From Octopus vulgaris (lineage: Eukaryota), in the NCBI GenBank assembly GCA_951406725.2, contig OX597826.1:34906001-34970000 (forward strand): DNA of 64,000 bases. The letters run 5' to 3'. A model generated the notes under the pieces. The model worked only from the letters and a program-made list of their open reading frames with translations, was not told the origin of the DNA and did no database searches. Made by a program: the position numbers and the translations under genes. Positions 56,886 to 64,000 of this stretch are shown here, one piece after another (the stretch's first letter is position 1; the number at the start of each line of letters is the position of its first letter).

Positions 56886-57204
56886 TAATTATTTATGACT
56901 CATTAAGTAGTTTTGCATTATAGTCAGGTGAGTCGTCGGCAAATTACTGAACATTTGATTTTAAAATGATCATTATACAGATTAGAAAGTATTAGAAGTA
57001 GTTCAACGTATCATTGCATATCAGATCTAAAATTTGTACTTTAACAGAAATCAAGATGGCATCCAAGTGGCTTGAATACTTGTGATATGACTTTCAGCTA
57101 CATTACTACAAAGCTGATACTTGGCTGACAACAACAAAGAAAGGCAAAATTTATGCGATTACTTGGTTGGCTTTCAACATAAGATCCACTCACACATGCA
57201 TGTA

Positions 57205-58052
57205 CAGGGTGTCCAAAAAGCCACTATACACTTTCTTTTTCCTATTCCGTTCATATATCATTCAGAGAGACGTGATACCATCAGCATTTGACACCTTAGT
57301 TTTTGTAAGTGTATCATTCCCTTTCCCCATAGCATACCATACCACCAGTTTCGGAGAGTTTCGTTCATGCTCGAGAATTTCTGCTGGTTTTGATTCTCCC
57401 CATATTCGACAATTGTATCGGTTTACCCGATCAGGGCGATGAAAGGTAGACTCATCGCTGAAACATAAGTTTTCCAAGAACTAAGAGTCGTTTTGGTAAT
57501 GGTGGCGGAGTGATTCACGCATTTCTACACGAGCATCATAATCTTCCGCTTGAAGCCTTTGAAGAACCTAATGTCGCAACGGACAGAACTTTATCACTCC
57601 CTGAAGCATCCGCTGGATCGAGTTTTTATTGATGCTAAGTTCCAGTGATGTCCTCCGGATGGACTTCCTCTGGCTTTTCGTGAACGCCTGCTTATGAAGT
57701 TCGCTGTTTTCATCAGTGAAGGTAATAGGAGGCGTTCCGCTTCGTGGTTTGTCAAGATCAGATCCTGAATCAAGAAACTTGCTATGCATAGCATAAACTG
57801 TGCCACGCGTTGGAGCAGTATGACGGCTATAAACCTTCTCAAACTTGCGACGAACAGCAGTAGGGGACGGAAATACTTCTTGCCAGGTGGCAATTTTGCA
57901 GCGATGCTCTAAAGTCAATGGGTAAGTGAATGATACATTTACAAAAACTGCAAGGTCTAAGGTGTCAGATGCTGATGGCCTCACATCTCTTCCAATGATA
58001 CCTAGAACGAAATAGAAAAAAGAAAATGTATAGTGACTTTTGGGACGCCCTG
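57205..58052 (-). mobile_element. Internally deleted Tc1/mariner-superfamily transposon with long TIRs
   Basis: TA-flanked TIRs cagggtgtccaaaaagccactataca / tgtatagtgacttttgggacgccctg, extending imperfectly ~120 bp. Transposase fragments: HTH (SPTAVRRKF..KFLDSGSDLDKPRSG..KSIRRTSLEL) and FSDESTFH..VNRYNCRIWG..HERNSPKLVVW. Confidence 0.9.
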
Positions 58053-59854
58053 TATTAGCTTCATTTTCAGAAAATTTGGATTAATAGGTATCGTAAGATT
58101 TATCTCCCTTGCTTGTTGTTATTTAAATTTTAGAAAACTTTTGAGGAAGACTTTGTTTTTTTAATAGCAAGTATAATCCCAGTTAATCGGAATTTTAGAT
58201 ACCATTCATTTAGCTTTATGAGACTCTACTGAACGTGTGTTCTCAGTTTTCCTAGATTTTAAAAGCTAGTCATAATTAAATGTATTTTATTTCATTTATT
58301 TCTGAATTTTTCAAATCTAAGTTACAGTTAATTACAAAGACTTTAATTAATGCATGTAGCACAATACGAGTTAATGTCTAGAATATAATGGAATTTCTAC
58401 TAAATTTTTTCTACTTATTTCGTTTAAATTTTCTTTTATTAAAATCTTCCCCATTGCTTTCATCATACTCGGTACAAAGAAATACGTCATGGATATTTAT
58501 TTCTTTATATGTTGCTTTTATATTACATATATATGATTAACCTAAAATAAATTACACCATTCAAATAGAAATTCTATCATTCATTCAATAATGTGATGTC
58601 TTAAAAGGTGGTAAAACATCTTGTAATATAATTATATTAATCCATTCTCATACGCACAAACTAGAAAGCTGACAGAGAAACAATAATGGTTAAATTTTAA
58701 ATATTCTAAAATATAATCTTAAAGTAAAATATAAAAAGAAGAATCAATATTATTTGAAATATTCTTGAAATTATATTTAGAATTCCATTTTTGTCACTCT
58801 AAATGTGCTATATTTATATCATTTTACATTTTTTTTTTTCGGTTGTAAAAATGAATATTCAATAATTTCATTTTATTATTTTATCCCATTGTCACTTCGC
58901 ATCGTTCCATTTACATTTTAATATTTTTTATAGCAATACTTACATTATCGGGAAATATATCCATCAGTCATTACCATCTTATCGAATTCTAATTTTTTTC
59001 TAGAATTTTCTAAAAGGGTTAAGTATCTGGCTAAATAGTCATTTTGTCATTTCGATGTTCTTGTTGTTGTTGTTATTGTTTATATTTGCTCTCTCTAAGT
59101 TGAACAGAATGTAGATGTTGGTAAGTCAAAGTGTAAGGAAGGACATTAAGTAAAATGATGCTAATTTTAGAGCATGTATACCATTCTAAAAAGCTGGAGA
59201 ACTGAGAGAAGCGCCTCGGGCAACTACATACCGAGGTTAAAATCTTGCATGTAAAAACTCAACTTGGCAACGATAAGCTGAAATATATTGAGTTATTACA
59301 CTAACTATATACTGATATGTTTGTATGGTAATTTCTACATACTTAAATGGGACAATGGCTACTTGCCTTGAACTATATTGGCACTACTTGTAGAAATATA
59401 TGCCCTTTCATTATACACAGACACACATACATCCCATCATACAGAGTTATAGAACGATTTACGTACGCATGTGCAGCAGTACGCATACATACACACACAT
59501 ACACACATAAACCTACATTTACGCATACTCAATTTACTACCATAAGAAAACACGTATGTATACATTACCTTAAAACAACTATATATGTTTTGTGTGAATT
59601 AATGAATCTCTAAGTATACATATTATGGAAATTGAATATAGAGATTTGTACTTGTGTGAGGATGTTAATAATAGGTATGCGTGTATTTTTATGTAAGGAT
59701 GTGTAAATGCTTATATATATGTATATATGTGCGAGTGTGTGTGTGTATGTTTGTGTGTGCGTGTGATGTGTCATGTGTATAAGAATGTACTATCTACGTC
59801 TAAATGCAATATACAGGCTTGGATATAGAAAAACACAGACACGTGCATATATAG

Positions 59855-59895
<41 letters not shown>

Positions 59896-60303
59896 CATGT
59901 ATGTATATGTATGCATATGTAATTGTGTATAAGTATACATTACTATATGTGTGATTTTAAAAATAGAAGAACATATCCGACCATTAAATTTATAGTAGAA
60001 AGTGTTTAGCCATTAGATAAAAGTTTTCCGTGTGTAATCTAAGTTTGTCTGCTAATGTAATGTAGTAAAGCAAGTTAAAGTATGCTATGTGGAAAGTATA
60101 CACAATTCGACAAGTCTATATACACTGAAACAAATATCCTAACAGCCGTGTTCCAGTATTATATGACATTAAGTTGTGTGCAAACTTGTGAAAGGTGAAA
60201 CTAATGTTTTTCTTACCCTTGCAGTAATTTTTGAATATACTGTTTATATACACACATATACACACACACGCACGCCGCCACCTCGCCACACACATTCACT
60301 TGC

Positions 60304-60341
<38 letters not shown>

Positions 60342-60717
60342 TCACACACACGCACACAGCACATGCATGTATCTATTCTGCGGTTGCATATATGCGCCTG
60401 AATTTATAGCTATGTATTTATTTACATAAGATCCGTATGTGTATGTGTCTGTGTGTGTGTGTGTGTATTTATATAGATACACACACATATATATATATGC
60501 ATGTGTGCGTCAGTATGAATATATATTTATGTCCTCTGTATATGTATATATCAAAATCAAATTACTTATTCAGCAGTGTTTTATATTTCACAGAACTTTA
60601 ACTGTTTCTCTCATTATATATATATATATATATACTCAGCACACACACTCATACACACACGCGCATACATACATACATTCATACATTCATACATACATAC
60701 ATACAAACATACATGCA

Positions 60718-60750
<33 letters not shown>

Positions 60751-60751
<1 letters not shown>

Positions 60752-60864
60752 CAAAAATACCCTGTTGTCAATGTAGAAATTCCAATGAAGGAGTCTTGGA
60801 TCTAGGTTAGAAACCGGCTCTTTCTCCGTTGGCAACAAATCTTGAAATATAACTGATTAATGAC
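60751..60864 (+). repeat. ~115-bp dispersed element embedded in (TACA)n, copy 2
   Basis: Homologous to 38136-38249. Confidence 0.8.
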
Positions 60865-61570
60865 ATACATACATACGTACATACATACGTACATACGTAC
60901 ATACATACGTACATCCATCCATCCATCCATCCATCCATCCATACATACATACATACATACATGTATACATACATACATACATACATAGTCACACACACAC
61001 ACGTACAGGAGACTCGAATGTGTAAATATAAATGCGTATAATATATGTACGCACGACCCTCTTCATCTTTCTTATTTTAACATCTGTTTTTCTTTACTGG
61101 CATGGTTTGGTTGAATTCTTATATTCACGCACATAACCACACACACACACATTATAAGTTGGGGCAGAAATGTTGGATAGCTTTCATTAATTGTCTCGGT
61201 TACCCTACAAGTTACTGGTCTCCATCATACATTTAGTTTTATCACAACTAAGATAATATAAATTGTGATTTTGCACTGATTTCAACTCTACCCTATAAAT
61301 ATTGTGATTTGTGTCTAAGTAACGACTCACAACATACACACACACACGCACCCACGCGCACACACACACACACACTCTCTCTCTCTCTCTCTCTCTCGTA
61401 TGATATGTAAATATGAGTATTTATATGTATCTTTGTGTTTGTGTGTTTAAATATATGATTACATAAATCCTTATACATTAAAAAGACCCCCTGTGGGTCA
61501 AATAGGAAAGTAATCCGAAGTTTCATAAGTTTTTTTGTTTTTTTTTAGTTCTAATATTGTCTTTCCTTTA

Positions 61571-62472
61571 AGGCGGCGAACTGGCAGAAGCGTTAGCATG
61601 CCAGGTGAAATGCTTAGCAGTATTTCGCCTGCCTCTACGTTCTGAGTTCAAATTTCCATTTCATCCTTTCGGGGTCGATTAAATAAGTACCTGTTACGCA
61701 CTGGGTCGATATAGTCGATTTAATTCGTTTGTCTGTCCTCGTTTGTACCCTCTGTGTTTAGCCCTTTGTGAGTAGTAAAGAAATAGATATTTCGATACTT
61801 TCTAGGTTCAAATTATGCCGAGGTCGACTTTGCATTTCATCCTTTCGGGGTCGATTAAATAAGTACCTGTTATGCACTGTGTCGATATAATCGACTTAAT
61901 TCGTTTGTCTGTCCTTGTTTGTCCCCTCTGTGTTTAGCCCTTTATGGGTAGTAAAGAAATAGGTATTTCGCTACTTTCTAGGTTCAAATTCCGCCGAGGT
62001 CGACTTTGTATTTCATCCTTTCGGGGTCGATTAAATAAGTACCTGTTACGCACTGGGTCGATATAATCGACTTAATTCGTTTGTCTGTCCTCGTTTGTCC
62101 CCTCTGTGTTTAGCCCTTTTTGGGTAGTAAAGAAATAGGTATTTTGCTACGTTCTAGGTTCAAATTCCGCGGGGGTCGACTTTGCATTTCATCCTTTCGG
62201 GGTCGATTAAATAAGTACCAGTTACGCACTGGGGTCGATGTAATCGACTTAATCCGTTTATCTGTACTTGTTTGTTCCCTCTATCTTTGTGAGCAATAAA
62301 GAAATAGGTATTTCGTCTATCTTTACGTTTTGAGTTCATATTCCGCTGAGGCTGACTATGCCTTTCATCATTTCGAGGTCGATAAATTAAGTACCAGTCG
62401 CGTAATGGGGTCAATCTAATCTACTGTCCCCTCCCCAAAAATTTGTGGCCTTGTGCCTAGAGTAGAAAAGAA
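61571..62472 (+). repeat. SINE-derived tandem array (one head plus five body units, period 176 bp)
   Basis: B-box segment recurs at ~61641, 61801, 61977, 62153 and 62329. Confidence 0.92.
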
Positions 62473-62488
62473 TATTGTTTTTCTTTTA

Positions 62489-62670
62489 AGGTGACGAGCA
62501 GGTAGGATCGTTTTCACTCCGGATAAAATACTTAACATCATTCTGTCCATCTTTATGTTCTAAGTTCAAATTGGGGCGGGGCCAGCTTTGTCTTTCTTCT
62601 TTTTAAGGTCGATAAAATAAGTACCGATCAAGTCAAGCACTGGGCTCGTTGTAATTGACTCTTCCCCTCC
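62489..62670 (+). mobile_element. Older SINE copy of the same family
   Basis: ggtgacgagcaggtagga head and aaggtcgataaaataagtacc body. Confidence 0.65.
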
Positions 62671-63584
62671 GACAACATTTAAGCCATTTCTATCCTTCAA
62701 TTGCTGTTCTGTGAACGCATACCGTAGTTTTGTTTTCCTCTGCGTTTGGTATCCTGTCCTTTATGCTGGGTTGTGGATATTCAGTCAATCGACGTCTGAA
62801 ATTATAACCTCTCTTATATTTCTTCTTTATAATCTCTGAAACTACAGGAGCCTCATGCATTATTTGAGAGAAAATCGTATTAAAACAATTACTAATGAAT
62901 GGAAAACCGAGAGACAGAATCGTGACCGACTATAGCATTGTTTCTCACCACATATCAAAGAAGATATAACAAGGTTTCTTCCTCAATTCCAAACACTGTT
63001 ATGAAGTTGTCATGAATTAGACTATCATCAGGGTAGATATACTGATTTGCATCGTAGATATACTGATATGCATATTTTTGATGGTTCATAATGAATAAAC
63101 ATTATACCGTGTTCATAAAACAGCGTAAATTACAATACACTGAAATAAATCTAAATAAAATACTCATTATTGCTTAAATAAGAATAGGAACAATATAACA
63201 TTCTATTAAGGATTTTGATGTGCAGAAATAGAGGATGACGATTCCTTGACGCGCCGTTTACCATCTATTGACAATCCTTCAGCGAAGATGTACCCGACTT
63301 CATTACCGAATCAATAGCATCGATCATATATGTTTGTGTGCGTGGGTGGTTGGTTAGATGTGTGTATCTGTGTGCTCGTGTGTGTTTTTGTGTATATATG
63401 GATGTGTATGTGTGTGTGCGTGTGTGTGTGTGTGTGTGCGTGTGTGTCTACGTATGTATGCATGTATTGTTTCTACACTTTCTGAAACACATACATTAGC
63501 ATTATATCAATTTTCTTACACACACAAACATACCCGAACTACCCGAGAAAGCTGTTGAAAATCTGCCAAGAAAAAGGTCCTAGA

Positions 63585-64000
63585 CATGGAGGCCCTCTCT
63601 CGAGCTGATCTGCCAAGCATTTACACACTTCTCAGAAAAGCAAAAATCAGGTGGACAGGTCACCTTGTTGGATTGCCTGATACGCGACACCCTAAGAGTC
63701 TGTTTTACAGTGAACTGAAGGCTGGCAAATACACGCAAGGTGGACAGATAAAGCAATTGACAGATACACTCGAAATCACGATGCTGTTCTTTGAGATCAA
63801 CTCCATACACACACACACCTGGGAATTATAAGCACAAGACAGCCCTCCCTGCCAAAGCTGCACCAACAGAGGCACCACTTTCTACGAGGATTGCAAAAGC
63901 AAAAGAAGACGCGATTTGTGCAAGTCCACAGTCGACACTTTGACTTCAGTCCCTGAAAACCACTAGTTCCCAGACTTTGGCAGAACATTCCGAGCGCGCT
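63585..64000 (+). mobile_element. RTE (BovB-like) LINE 3' fragment
   Basis: SRADLPSIYTLLRKAKIRWTGHLVGLPDTRHPKSLFYSELKAGK..QGGQ matches the RTE ORF C-terminal motif. Confidence 0.85.

Noticed and set aside
61571-62472. CRISPR-like or hammerhead retrozyme interpretation of the tandem array
   Set aside because: No unique spacers, no cas genes and a eukaryotic context. No CTGANGA core was found in the unit on either strand.

Overview
AT-rich, microsatellite-dense animal DNA. The SINE families, the (TA)n/(TAGA)n/(TACA)n/(TAA)n tracts and the TE spectrum suggest a cephalopod, probably Octopus (inference). No intact host protein-coding gene is recognisable, and most short ORFs in the track are microsatellite artefacts. 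The window is dominated by mobile-element remains. The best preserved is a near-intact, GC-richer CR1-group LINE at ~50030-54665: ORF1 has a 97-aa tandem duplication, and the APE-RT ORF2 has one nonsense codon, no AUG start and a correctly phased G GGU UUA slippery site upstream. Also present are relics of R4/Dong-, HERO/NeSL-, RTE- and Jockey/CR1-type LINEs, Gypsy RT and integrase, three Tc1/mariner elements, Helitrons, a hAT MITE and many tRNA-derived SINEs, including a 176-bp SINE tandem array. The most striking unexplained signal is a set of hammerhead-ribozyme (HHR) motifs in small non-coding elements beside microsatellites: a ~290-bp fold-back element with a near-intact HHR in its loop (40923-41215), a ~980-bp element with an HHR in each inverted arm (21389-22366), a 352-bp-period direct repeat with a degenerate HHR (23856-24318), and several solo motifs. 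All alignments and folds were done by eye.
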